From the NCBI GenBank assembly GCA_047495785.1, contig JBLDXI010000002.1:2542001-2606000 (forward strand): 64,000 nt of DNA, written 5' to 3'. A program made the translations under genes and the position numbers. The notes below the pieces were generated by a model that searched no databases, was not told where the DNA came from, and worked only from the letters and a program-made list of their open reading frames with translations. The stretch is from Lepidodermella squamata. Taxonomy: Eukaryota > Animalia > Gastrotricha. Below, piece by piece: positions 21,720-33,218 of this stretch. Position 1 is the stretch's first letter; every line of letters starts with the position of its first letter.

Positions 21720-24131
21720 CTACTTATTTCCTGAGCGATGCCTCTGAAAGTTGATTAGAGAGGGTATCGATACGATCACGCTATTAGTAGCTGAAAAAAC
21801 CAGAATTCCATATGACAATGCACTCTGCTGTAAGGTGGTCGAGTCTTTAGCGGAGAAAGCGATCAAATTCACTAAAACCGCAGCTATGTAGACGGCAAAA
21901 GCATTCAAAGCTGCGACGCGGGCTGCCCGGAAATCGAGGGCCATAGAAATTGGCGGAATCTTCTTCCTGACCTCGATAGAAAACAGCGCGGCCAAAAGCA
22001 GCAATACACCATTCCAGCCGATGATCACACCAAGCCATTGCTGCAAATCAGCTGAGTGGCACGTATAGGTTTCTATTAGGAAGTAAACGTCTTGATCCGC
22101 ATCAAATTGCACTGGGGTTTCATATTTGAAAGCTGATACTGGATCAAGACTGAACCATATAATCAATAAGATAACCGTGATTCCTGTGAAGACGCAACAT
22201 CCTACGTTTATGAATATATTCGCTCTCCACCTTAAAATTATTCTGTCCACCAGGGCTAAATTTCTGTGACCTTCCATAAGGAAGTTCGAAGTTTCATTAG
22301 TCCGTACCGTCTCCCAATGCTCAACCGCATTGCTGACGCCGCCTGCAGAAATATTTGAACCACGGATTAAACCGGAATACATCGCAGACTCTGATACCGC
22401 TGGCTCAACTTTTTTCTCCTTCCGACGTCGGCGCATCAAGCTTCGATTTCCACTCATAGAAATCATGAGCATTCTTGAAAATAGATTCCCATTGACCATA
22501 GTCACTCCGACAGCTCCAAGGATTAACAATGAAATACATGAGTTGGTGTTATTAGCTCCATCAAAAGAATTCAGCGAGCCACTCGCGATAGCTGCACCTG
22601 TCAGGATGCTAGCTCCAATGTATAACAAGCAATTCGCAAATTTGCTATTATAGTCAAGAGGGGTTTTCGGATCCATAAGACCAATGTAACAGAAGATAAC
22701 TTCTGCGAGGGTTATTACGGCGGCTATTGATATTATCGTGTAAAATGAGCTTGAAGAGTACTCAAATCGGATCCGGCGAATTGTTGATAAATCTTTCGGA
22801 GGCCCACCTGAATGGGACAGCCATATCAGGGGTTGTTTTTCCAAAATGGTTACATTCCCCGAGCCATCGAAAACCATTTGCTGCGCTAGTCGGAGACTTC
22901 CGTTAAGAAATTGCGCGACGTGCAATGGCTCACCGTCGAACTCAAGCCTTTTTGAATAGAAAATGCGACCAGCTCTCAAACCATTGAAATCGGTTTTCGC
23001 AGCACTTTGATTGAGAACTTTCATAACTAGCTCTGGATATTCTGTGGAATTCTTCAAAGTTAAGTTGTGGACTGTCTTTAAAGTTCTTTCGGCTTGATCT
23101 AAAGCCATTAATGCTAATATCGCGCCATCGTGACAAAGGTGGCGAGTTTGATAGTCCATGAATCGGGAGTTGTTGATGGCAACATCCAGTGCTGAGTCGA
23201 AATATTTTGTATCGTAACCAAGGACTGAAATTCCAGTCGGTACTACAGCATAGAAGAAATTCCCGATCCAAATTGCGATTTTAAATTGATTAACAAGAAC
23301 TTCTGATGGACATCCGGGTATATTAACTGTGAAGGGCGAGAAAAAAGCTATCGAAGGAAGGACCCAGGCGAATCTAGGTCCTGTGATTGAAGCGTAATAG
23401 GCCTGGCATAGAATCTTCGCCACCAGAACTGTGTTGGAAGATGAAATTATTGCCAGCACCCTGGATTTGGTTCTTTCTATTTCCTTGAAGAGATCGGGCG
23501 CGGCTTCAGTAACGCCCGCCACCATGCTAAATTTGAGCCCGATCTTCAAGCCTTCTTCGTACAAGGATTTCATGCTGAGAACTTCGTTGATATTAGCCAT
23601 ATTTACGATAATTCCTATCTCATTCCAATGCCCAACAAGCCTCGAAAAATGAGCCATAGCCAAAATCATGTTGTCAACAGGCGTGACTGATCTGTATAAA
23701 TTAGGTAGCAACTTTCTGTTTGCGGTTAATGTTGGACCTGCACACGCGTAAGTGAACTGAACCATGCTGTGGTAACGCACAATTCCTGCTATTACATTGC
23801 ACAAGCTGCTGGTTCCAATGACTGCCGGGGAAATGAAACTATTTCCCGTAGTGTTAACATTCCCGTAGAAATCCATTAATGCTCGCGGGGCCAAAACGGC
23901 GGAAGGGCCTTCGTTGACCAGAGTTAGATTGATATGATATTCCTTTAGGTATGTATCCTGTCGATTGAAAAGTTCAACTGCAAGCTTTATCGCAGCTGTG
24001 CATGTTCGACCGTCAAGCGTTTCCCGGGCTGGAAAAAACGCTATGGTTTGCAATATAAATGGCTTTGCAACTTGACTTCCAACAGCGCTGAACAAAGCAA
24101 GCAAAAGCAAAGCAATACATTCGTTTGTCAT
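21720..24131 (-). CDS. Class C GPCR, GABA-B-like, copy 2 (recent duplicate of copy 1)
   Basis: Near-identical to copy 1 over long stretches. The ATG at 24131 is preceded by an acceptor (ttctatag|aATG). Upstream sequence ~24270-24480 is also homologous to ~16490-16700. Confidence 0.88.
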   Translation of the reverse strand: MTNECIALLLLALFSAVGSQVAKPFILQTIAFFPARETLDGRTCTAAIKLAVELFNRQDTYLKEYHINLTLVNEGPSAVLAPRALMDFYGNVNTTGNSFISPAVIGTSSLCNVIAGIVRYHSMVQFTYACAGPTLTANRKLLPNLYRSVTPVDNMILAMAHFSRLVGHWNEIGIIVNMANINEVLSMKSLYEEGLKIGLKFSMVAGVTEAAPDLFKEIERTKSRVLAIISSSNTVLVAKILCQAYYASITGPRFAWVLPSIAFFSPFTVNIPGCPSEVLVNQFKIAIWIGNFFYAVVPTGISVLGYDTKYFDSALDVAINNSRFMDYQTRHLCHDGAILALMALDQAERTLKTVHNLTLKNSTEYPELVMKVLNQSAAKTDFNGLRAGRIFYSKRLEFDGEPLHVAQFLNGSLRLAQQMVFDGSGNVTILEKQPLIWLSHSGGPPKDLSTIRRIRFEYSSSSFYTIISIAAVITLAEVIFCYIGLMDPKTPLDYNSKFANCLLYIGASILTGAAIASGSLNSFDGANNTNSCISLLILGAVGVTMVNGNLFSRMLMISMSGNRSLMRRRRKEKKVEPAVSESAMYSGLIRGSNISAGGVSNAVEHWETVRTNETSNFLMEGHRNLALVDRIILRWRANIFINVGCCVFTGITVILLIIWFSLDPVSAFKYETPVQFDADQDVYFLIETYTCHSADLQQWLGVIIGWNGVLLLLAALFSIEVRKKIPPISMALDFRAARVAALNAFAVYIAAVLVNLIAFSAKDSTTLQQSALSYGILVFSATNSVIVSIPSLINFQRHRSGNK

Positions 24132-24834
24132 TCTATAGATAGAAGATAGAAGGCTTAATTTGCGATTCGTAAAATAGGGTTTGATTTTAAGTTCGGAAGA
24201 CAAAGGGTTGTCCATAATTTTTCCATCTACTTCATGTTTGCTCTTTGCTCAGGACAAAAATAGCACGTTTTAGCAGCAATAAAAGTTCTCTAGTTTCATA
24301 ATTTTACCTCGGCATTTCAGTTGCCGTGTCATATCAAAACCGACGTACTGTTCAATGCAGAGTGACGAGAACACCGCGAAGACAATGTTTCTATAAGTTT
24401 GTTGAAAGCTGATGTATTTGAACTTTATTTGAACGAGTCAAAAGCGAAAAGTCATAAATAGCCCTTATTTCGGACACCTTCGTTTTCCGACCGAATTCCT
24501 GTACTCGCAGCCCTGTTAACAGTTGATCATTCAAGATGTTACCATTAATGATATCTTGGGATTTGGGATAATATCGATCAATTTCTTTTACCGAATGCTT
24601 TTGCTCTGGAAGTTTTAAAATGAGACAAAAGGAAAAGGTTATTCCCGATGTCACTGAATATTTTTTTAAATTCATTTTTATGCCTCATAAAAGACATCGG
24701 TTCGTAACTTTTACAGGCAATCGATTTTTGCTCTCCACACCTTGAGTTTGCTTTCCAGTAACAGTTGGAAATGAGAATTTGAATGTCGGATTTGTGAAGC
24801 TTTATTCGTCAACGTTTGAATGAGTATTGAGTAT

Positions 24835-27126
24835 TCAATCAGGCTTGTCCACCTTAAGCATTCGGTGAACCCAGTCTGCAATAGTTGGCAGAGCGAGGAT
24901 CACACTTGTCGACATCGATAGCAGTACCGCCGCGTAGGCATGAACGGAAATGCGCAGCGTTATTTGGTCTGAACTGACGAGCATTTCGAGTGCTGCAACG
25001 GCCGCGAAGATCCACGCAGCATTAGCAACGGAAATCCGGACAATGTTGGATTCAAATGACAGCACGGAGTAGCGATCGACGTTACCTGAAAACATGAGCA
25101 CGGCTGCGAACATGGCGAAGTGAATGCAAAACAGACACAGCCAAAATATTTTTTCGAAACGCGCGGTGCAGTGAAGCGTGGTTTCAGTGAAATAAGACTC
25201 CAAATCCGCGTCGAAGGTGATGGGCGATGTTGAACTAATTATTTCGTAACCTCGAGTGATGCTCAGCCAGATAACGGTAGAAAACAAATCTACCAAGAAA
25301 AGTGAAGCTGTCCCTGTGAAAACGAAGCGTCCGTGATGGTGCTTGAGCTCGGGTTTGAATGCCACTCTTTTCCTATTAGGAGCTCTCCTACCTTCTTGCA
25401 ACAATTTCGAGAGTCTCAGCAAAGGAGCCTTTCTCGGTCGCGAGATTTTCGCAGATTTCACGAGAAAAAGAGCCCGGCAGCATAAACTGCCCACTATCAT
25501 GCTTAGACCCATAACTAATCCGAAGGTTTTTGAGTAGCAAGAAATCAACGAAGGGTCGGAATGGCTGGTGACGCATGCTATTGAAGAAATATTAAGGATT
25601 AATCCGCCTATATTTGCCAGGAGATCCGCCATTCGCGTGTTTAACAACGGCGCCTTTGTTGTTATAGATTTATAGCCAAGCAGGAATTGAATCATAGATA
25701 CAACAAAGGTGACGAAGATGAATCGATAGTATGACCAATGAGGGTAGAAGTATTGCTGGTGCAAGACCGTCGATAGGTCTTTAGGAGGCTCGCCATTCTT
25801 TGTCACCCAAAAAGGCGAGTTGATCTGCTCCACGGTGTATCTGGAAAGGTCGAATAGATTCCCGTCCTTCTCATTATCGCCATTATAAACCAATTTGTAT
25901 AAGAGTTTCAGCTTTCCCGCAACAATCTGTGATATCCATAGAGGTTCGAAATCAACTTCAAGCCTTGATGAGTACTTGAACTCTCCAGCCCTGAGGCTAC
26001 GAAAGCCGCCCTCAATTATTGATTTATTAAGGAGGTCGATCACCAAATTTGGATCATGAGTTCGGCGTAGCGTCCTATTATGCCGTAGTAGCTTGTCTGT
26101 TTTGTCCAGCGCCAAAAGACCCTGCATGACTGCATCATGGCATATGTGCCTAATCGGGTAATCAAGAGGCTGGGACCCATTAAGGCGCATCCTTAGCTTC
26201 TGGTCGAACTCGGCGGGTCCGTATCCGAAAGAAGATGAACCAGTATCTTCAACGGCACTGAAATAATGGCCGACCCAGAAAGTAACGCTGAACTGTTCGT
26301 CAATTATCTCCTTAGAGCAGCCGAATTTTTCAGCTGGATCGGCGTTAAATGCGGCAAATGAAGGGATGACAAAAAGAAATTGAGGCCCACGAACCTGGTT
26401 TGCGTGAGCTTTGCACAAAAAGGTCACTAGGATGCGGATGTTTGAAGTTGCCACGAAAACAACACGTGCTGAGTTATTTCTTAATTTCGAAAAAAGCTGA
26501 TCGCCAATGTCAAGAGGAAATTCTATCGAAGTTATTCTTAATCCAGCAGAAATTAGGCTGGGATGAACGTATTTTATGCTGTAAAATTCAGTTTGATCTT
26601 CCGGGCTTCCGATTATAACGATCTCCCTTAATTTTGCAATAAATTTTGTAAAATATAATCCGGCGATGGCAGATAACTCGGCGGGTTGAGCGACGCGAAA
26701 AAGGTTGGGAAATCGTCGCCTGTTCTTCGTAAAAAGCGCTGAAACGCAGCCGTAGCTCAGCTGAATCATTTTGAAATGATGAATTATTGGCGCAACGAAT
26801 TGACATTTTCTCCAGGGTCCTATTACCAACGGAGCTACGTAAACCAGATCGGAGGTGTAAGCCTGTTGAATGAAGTCGACCAGCTCTCTCGGACCATAAT
26901 CACCTTGATGACCTTCCTCTCTGAAAACTGGTTTCAAGCTATATTTTTGCAGAATGTTGAGGTGTTGAGCTGCTTCAAATGCGATTTCCATCGCTGATTT
27001 ACAAGCTCGCCCATCGAACTCATTTTCAGACGGAGTAAGTACTAGCAGCCTCAATTCTTTGGGAGCTTTCAAGGCAAATGGTCCGGGTACAAAAATTATA
27101 AACAAAATAAGAGTTATGCCTGTCAT
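24835..27126 (-). CDS. Class C GPCR, GABA-B-like, copy 3 (alternative upstream ATG at 27159)
   Basis: Signal peptide MTGITLILFIIFVPGPFA, DGRAC, RHICHDA, PPKDLS, 7TM. Confidence 0.87.
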   Translation of the reverse strand: MTGITLILFIIFVPGPFALKAPKELRLLVLTPSENEFDGRACKSAMEIAFEAAQHLNILQKYSLKPVFREEGHQGDYGPRELVDFIQQAYTSDLVYVAPLVIGPWRKCQFVAPIIHHFKMIQLSYGCVSALFTKNRRRFPNLFRVAQPAELSAIAGLYFTKFIAKLREIVIIGSPEDQTEFYSIKYVHPSLISAGLRITSIEFPLDIGDQLFSKLRNNSARVVFVATSNIRILVTFLCKAHANQVRGPQFLFVIPSFAAFNADPAEKFGCSKEIIDEQFSVTFWVGHYFSAVEDTGSSSFGYGPAEFDQKLRMRLNGSQPLDYPIRHICHDAVMQGLLALDKTDKLLRHNRTLRRTHDPNLVIDLLNKSIIEGGFRSLRAGEFKYSSRLEVDFEPLWISQIVAGKLKLLYKLVYNGDNEKDGNLFDLSRYTVEQINSPFWVTKNGEPPKDLSTVLHQQYFYPHWSYYRFIFVTFVVSMIQFLLGYKSITTKAPLLNTRMADLLANIGGLILNISSIACVTSHSDPSLISCYSKTFGLVMGLSMIVGSLCCRALFLVKSAKISRPRKAPLLRLSKLLQEGRRAPNRKRVAFKPELKHHHGRFVFTGTASLFLVDLFSTVIWLSITRGYEIISSTSPITFDADLESYFTETTLHCTARFEKIFWLCLFCIHFAMFAAVLMFSGNVDRYSVLSFESNIVRISVANAAWIFAAVAALEMLVSSDQITLRISVHAYAAVLLSMSTSVILALPTIADWVHRMLKVDKPD

Positions 27127-27275
27127 TCGTGTAGGAGATCGACATATTTCGCGTTTCATTTTCGTAAGAAAAATTCACGAATTATTGATTTCGAGCGTCA
27201 ATGCGTGAGGCAACTTCCTTTCTACTCACTTTACCGGACTTTACAAAGAGATACAAAGACGTCATTATTATTTTA

Positions 27276-28488
27276 CTAATAATTAAGCTGGATTACAGTT
27301 TGAGTGAAATTTGCCATCTCAACAAAATCAGCAATACAAATCGCAAATTTATCGAAATTAGATTCCGGGAACAAGTATTTCCCATTCAAAGAAGTTTCCT
27401 CGTTTATATCGACGTATTGAGGCACAGTGGTACTGGCGGGTTGTCGAACAGTTCTGATGACAAAGCCTCGTGACAGAGATCGCAGCCAGGCGACGAAAGC
27501 AGGCGTCGCTTTTCCAGCCAAATCTGTGCGCGTTGACCCGGAACCAAACTGGGACACGCCCATCCCGGATGATGGTGTCAAGACACCTTGGTAGACAAAA
27601 AAGCGGCGGATAATGTCACCCCGTTCACGCATCCTCTGGACAAAAATAGAAATTCAATAATTAAGGTTGATTGACGAGGAATCTCACCGTATCGAGAAAA
27701 GAGATCATTGTATCGACGTCTTGCGCCTCTGCGTATTTGCTGTAAACCGCGCCATGGGGCCAAAAACGATTACCTGAAACTCGCATTCCATAGGTATTGT
27801 GATAAATAATTATAACTTGCTGCCCTTTCGCCTGAAGTTTATTAAGCGTTAACAGGTCCAAACGGCCCCATTTCCGATATGAAACAATGCGATTAGCGAA
27901 AGTCATAACGAGGTAGACTGCGAGTTGCCGGTGATTCTCGTACTTCATCCCGTGAAAGTGGTTGAAATCCAAGATAACAACTTCATAAGGATGGGCCGTC
28001 AGAAACGCGTTGAGTTGATCCAGCTCGAACCAAACAGGTCTGCCCCAAAGTAAATGAGCGAATCTGATCTGGTTTGTCTGCTCGTCGAAAGCGACTCGGG
28101 CGTCGAAGTAACGAATGCCAGCGTGTAGTTGTTGTGTAATATCTAGCGACTGCGTTGTAGCCCATTTTTTCAAGATCGAGCGAAAATTATCCCGGCCATA
28201 GAAAATCGACATGAGGTTGAGCATTCGCATCTGAGTAGCGGTGATATCGGGCGAATATTTCAGGTCGGGATTGTCATCGAGCCAATAACTGAATGAGTCG
28301 TGAGATCCAGGAATTGCCAAGTTCAGCAGTAAACGATGTCGAACTTGAAGCGACGAACAAGTCATCCAAAATGCCGGGGACATGGCGAAACAGGCTTCAG
28401 GTTGATCAGGTGTATAGTAATCCTCGAAAATGTGTCCATTTATAATCAAAATCCAGGTAAAAAATAAGGCAAGAGAATTAAAGTGCAT
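27276..28488 (-). CDS. PI-PLC X-domain-containing protein (PLCXD-like) with signal peptide; exons 28488-27688 and 27635-27276
   Basis: LAIPGSHDSFSY, TQSLDITQQLHAGIRYFDARV, FAHLLWG, HPYEVVILDFNHF, FFVYQGVLTP, ICIADFV. A 52-nt GT..AG intron joins the two ORFs in frame. Confidence 0.9.
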
Positions 28489-28586
28489 TTCACATTAAAT
28501 TTTATTTCAATAAATCGAAAAACATCAAACAATTATGACACCGCATTACGTAACAACTGTTCCTTTGTGTAAACAGAGTCTACTTA

Positions 28587-31150
28587 TTATGAAGCACGAT
28601 ATTTTCCCATTCGGCTTGGAGTTGCAATCGTAACCGTTCGTTTTTGAGTTTTCCTCGCTATGGCAGGAAAGGCTGATATAAAACCAGTGCTTCCAGTGAG
28701 AATTAGGGTTCCAAAAGAATAAATGCTCGTCTGCATTGTGGTTTGCTCCGAGTGAACAACAGCAAGAAGGAAAGCAATGCAATAAAACATAACCGTATAA
28801 TTAACGACAGCCAGACGGGTGCAAAGGTACTCCATTTTCAGTTTTCTCCCTGTCTGATACGATCTGAGGACATAGGCGAAGAAGGAACCGATCGCCAACA
28901 TTAGAACATTGAAACCTCCGATTGAGGCCAGCCAGGCAAAGCTCGACTCCGTTCCACAGTACAGGGTAGTAACATCGACATAGGAGTCAAATACAAGATC
29001 GAAATACACAGGGCTAGAAATAGGTCTCATGCGAAAAGGGGAGCCCTCCATCCACACGATAAGAATCAAAGTTGCAACGATCATCGGCAGGAAAAATGCA
29101 GCGGCGAGTAAAGTGCCTTTGAATGTGAAAGTGGGCTCTTCCATCAATCCCGCCAACGCAGAAGCACTGAATGAAGAACCAGGTCGAGATGAAGTCACTG
29201 AAGGCTTCAGCTTCTTAGACGGTGGCATTTTCGGAGGTTTCAGAATTTCTCCCCCTGAATCAGATGATACAGTTGCCTTAGTTGATCGATTATTACTTTG
29301 CTGCGTGCTTAGTGGGGTATGTTGTTGGGGGGCGTTAGCCATCGCCCACCGGACGATGTTCATGACAGTTCGGGCACGTTGCAGCTCTGTTACAGCATTG
29401 TGTAACATCCAAACTTTTCCGAACAAGCTGCTGGACATTGCTGTTAAGCCAAGAATTGCGAAAGTCACCCTCGCTTTATGAAGAGCGACATTCGTGAAGT
29501 CTTCCCGAAAATAGAACAGCATTCCGAGCAATGATGATATTTGCGTGAACACAGACCCGCCAATAATGCCGTAGGTTGCCAGATCAATAGGGTAAATTTT
29601 GCGCGAATATTTAGCAATTAGCGTAATGAATACGAAATTCGATACAAAGCAGATGAACCATATAGGCAGCCCCGTGAAGAAGACACCGTCGGGGTATCTG
29701 TAGTATAAATGGACAACCTCTGACAAATCTTTCGGTGCTTTGCCTGATTCTGTAAACCAAACTGGGTTTTGAATTGTCCGCATCTGGTAGTCTGACAAGT
29801 TTCGTTCTTGAATTGGAGCGTCACTAGATATGTTCGGTTCGATTTTGTAGATCAGTTTAGGAATGCCATCAACAGCTTGCATGGTCCATGTTGGTTCGTA
29901 ATCCATTTCCAATCGCTTCGAGTACTTCATCAAACCCACCCTGAGGCCTCGGAATGACGTTTCAGCGGCGCTAGTGTTGACAACTTGCATTACAAGTTCA
30001 GGCTCATTTCTGAAATCGAGCAAGCTTTTGTTGTAGCGGGCTCGCAAAACTCGATCACTCCGGTCCAGGGCCATGAGAGCTTGCAGAGTAGAGTCGTGGC
30101 AGGCGTGGCGAATGGCGTAGTCCGTAGGCCTCGATCCATTCAAAATCGTGTTCAGGCGAGCATCAAATGTTAGCATGTCATAGCCGAGCGAAGAATTTCC
30201 CGTGTATTCTACGGCACTGAGAAAAACCCCGACCCATAACGAGTGCTTGAATTGCTCGAGGATTTTCTCCCGTGTGCAGCCTGGTATACCGAAAAACTTG
30301 ACAACATCAGGAGAAAAGTAGGCAAAAGCCGTGATGAGGAACATGTATCGCGGGGGTCGGATTCCAGCATCGTAAGCCATGCACAGAAACTTGGCAACCA
30401 TTGGAATGTTGGCAGTACCTATCGAGATCGATCTTGCCCCGCTATCTTTGAATGCTTGGATGACAGAACTGTCTACGTCAATTTCAGACGTGAATATGGC
30501 GAATCTAATTCCGTTGTCCACCGTGACTCTGTAAATTTTCCTATTGCTCGGGTATTCCTGTATCAAAAAAGCTCAATAAGTTAACAGTGAAAAAATAATA
30601 CGCAGCTTACATTTGAATTTCCAGCCCAGGTGAGCATGCCAACCTCTTTGTGGCCAGCAATGAATTTCGAGAAGATTGTACCCGAAGCACCAGTCTCTTC
30701 AGCTGGCAACAAAGCTCGGTATAGATTCGGGTACTCCTTCCTGTTCGCCGAGAATACAGCGGCCGTGCATCCATAGCTGAACTGAACCATTTTGTAGAAC
30801 AGCGACAAGTGCGATGAGTATTGGCAGAAGCTGAAGGATCCGACAAAGGCTGGGGCTAGATTTACCTCAGGATCATCAGCCAGCCGCATAAAATCGAGTA
30901 TTGTTTGTGGAACAAGAATAGCATTGACCCCTTCCTCCTTAAAAACGGGCACGATATTGTAATCGGGTAGGATGCCGGGGTGTTTGTTAACTGCATCGAA
31001 TGCGATCTGCATTGCACCAGTGCAGGATCGGCCGTCCAGCGACACCTTCGATGGAGTGATCGCTAAAAGTTTCAGATCGTAGGGTTTTGCCGCGTAGCAA
31101 GACCAAACTGCTGTCAAAGCGGAAAGGAACAGAAACGGGTTTATAGCCAT
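28587..31150 (-). CDS. Class C GPCR, GABA-B-like, copy 4; exons 31150-30611 and 30557-28587
   Basis: Signal peptide, DGRSC, YGC, RHACHDS, APKDLS, 7TM. A 53-nt GTAAG..CAG intron joins GNSN|EYPSN in frame. Confidence 0.87.
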
Positions 31151-31642
31151 ATTTAATTTGAAAGAAAGAGTTGATCAACGCCAGTTAATCTCGCGCTTAT
31201 ATACAACTCAGAACTCAGAGTCTGCATGTCAGCTTTTAATAAACTTAAAACACATTTGATGAGAAGTTAAGTGGTTTCATCACGCGGGGAAACGAACCTC
31301 CGCGATTTCAATCAACCGAAAGTGATCTTGCGGATAAGAAATTTGACCAAGAAAAAACGCTTAAAACATCTTTAATCTCATGTCTGGGTTACTAAAATGC
31401 CTGGAGCCAGCAGGAAAGTGATGGGATCTTTGGAGTAGGGCAACTCAGCTAAGTGCATCACTTAATGCATTAAGTGGCTCCATCATAAGTTATTTTTTGT
31501 CATGTTCTCCGGTGAAGTCTTCAATCAAAATTAATTGTCCCTCCGACCTTTTCGCTAAATTCCATCCGATAATAAACAAACTTGTTATCGATCAGCTACC
31601 ATAAAAAGCAAACTTCATGGGGTTACATGCATTTTTATTCAT

Positions 31643-32134
31643 CAGAGTGGCTATTCGTACATATATATGTACGCCATTTTGGCTATTCGTACATATATAT
31701 GTACGCGAAAATGACTATTCGTACATATATATGTACGTGATTTTGGCTATTCGTACATATATTTTTAGAAAAAAATTGAACTGGTGCCATGTGTACAATT
31801 TTTTAGGTAACACGTTGAATTTTTTACTACAGATCGGAAATTGGGTGAATTTAGAACCCTGAAATTTTCAGCTCCGTGGGCACATCTCTAAGGAAACTAG
31901 AGGGGTAAATGATGCATCGGTTTTAGGCCCATACCAAAAGGTAGGTTGGTCCCAGCATGTCAAATTTTTTGGCACAACTTCTGCACAATTAGGTATATCT
32001 TCCCCTAAATTCTCAAGTCTCTATGAGCTACCGTTGAAATTCAGCATCAAATTCAATATCAGCAAAAAATCAGCTGAAAATATGTACGAATAGCCAAAAT
32101 GGCGTACATATGTATGTACGAATATCCGCACTCT
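31643..32134. mobile_element. Non-autonomous DNA transposon (MITE, probably hAT-type) with ~55-bp TIRs and 8-bp TSD TTATTCAT
   Basis: The left end CAGAGTGGCTATTCGTACATATATATGTACGCCATTTTGGCTATTCGTACATAT is mirrored at ~32080-32134. TTATTCAT flanks both sides (31635-31642, 32135-32142). Confidence 0.85.
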
Positions 32135-32234
32135 TTATTCATTTTCCAAATTTTCATAAAGTTTAAGAGATTGCTTATTAGAGTAAGCTTGAAGACGGAC
32201 TAAATGGTATACAGCCAGGTTTTACAAGGATTAT

Positions 32235-32283
32235 CATAAGAACATTCCATAAGAACATAAGAACATAAGATTCATAAGAACAT
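32235..32283. repeat. Short tandem repeat (CATAAGAA)n
   Basis: About 5 imperfect copies, read directly. Confidence 0.7.
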
Positions 32284-32561
32284 CCCTGTTACGCTCAACA
32301 CAAGAGACTAATCATTCTTTAAAACTAAAGAGTTACAGAGCACTCAAGTTTTAAGCACACCTAGAGAGAACGATCAAATAATCAGGTAGCATTCCGCCAA
32401 ATTTTAAAACTTGATTCTAAATTATCAGGTAAAAAGCGAATCCAGCCTTCAATAGACATTTTTTTATCATTTTTGCCAACATTTTTAAGCGGCGTTTCCA
32501 GACAACAAATCGCAAAGAAAACAAAACAACTATTTGATGGCAGTATTCGTGAGTTGTTTAT

Positions 32562-33218
32562 TCAAATTACATAATAACAATACAATGTCATGGTTCGCTC
32601 CGGGTATCGGAGCGCCAACTTCTGCAGTGCCTCAATTGTCTGGTGGGCGCAACAAGTAGCTTCAATCAAGGTCATTTTAGGCGTTTCGAAAGTTGTTCGA
32701 TCAATTGGATACCATTTCAGGTCTCCAAGGATCTCTTTTCGATCAGAGTAATACGCCCTATCCGAATCCTTATCTGATTTGTCACATTTCGCCATCAGTG
32801 GAACGGCCTTTGTCTCGAACTTGGTGGCGTTGGACATGTAGTTTGAAGCAGCGTCGACCGGTTCGTCCTTCGCTATTTTAGTTGCGATCAAGCCAGCCGC
32901 TTGGCAAGATTTTCTCTTCCGACCAAGGCGACCAGGCAAATCCGTTCTGTCACTCAGCAAATGCAGATGTAAGCGGATGACAGGACTGTCGTCGCTGAAG
33001 GCGCTGTACTTCATGAGAACATCCTTGATCCATCGCCATTCATAGCATTTAATTCTCAAATGACCCGTTTGCCCTAATCCCATATTTCCGGATAGAGCGT
33101 ATGACCTGAGGATAGATTGAGCCACCGAGGCGGCAAGTAATCCGGTCAAATAGACCGGCGTAGAACTGTTCGGATGCCTTCCCTCTTGATATATCAATAA
33201 AGTGTATGTTGAAAGCTA
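32562..33218 (-). CDS. Hypothetical protein exon (~215 codons); 5' end unresolved
   Basis: A long open frame with higher GC than its flanks, preceded by a GTAAGT...TTTCAGCTAG intron-like segment. No domain recognised and no clear ATG found. Confidence 0.4.

Noticed and set aside
31648-31762. Regularly spaced palindromic repeats resembling a CRISPR array
   Set aside because: The spacers are only a few nt and near-identical, there are no cas genes, and the context is eukaryotic. The repeats are subterminal parts of a TIR/TSD-bounded MITE.
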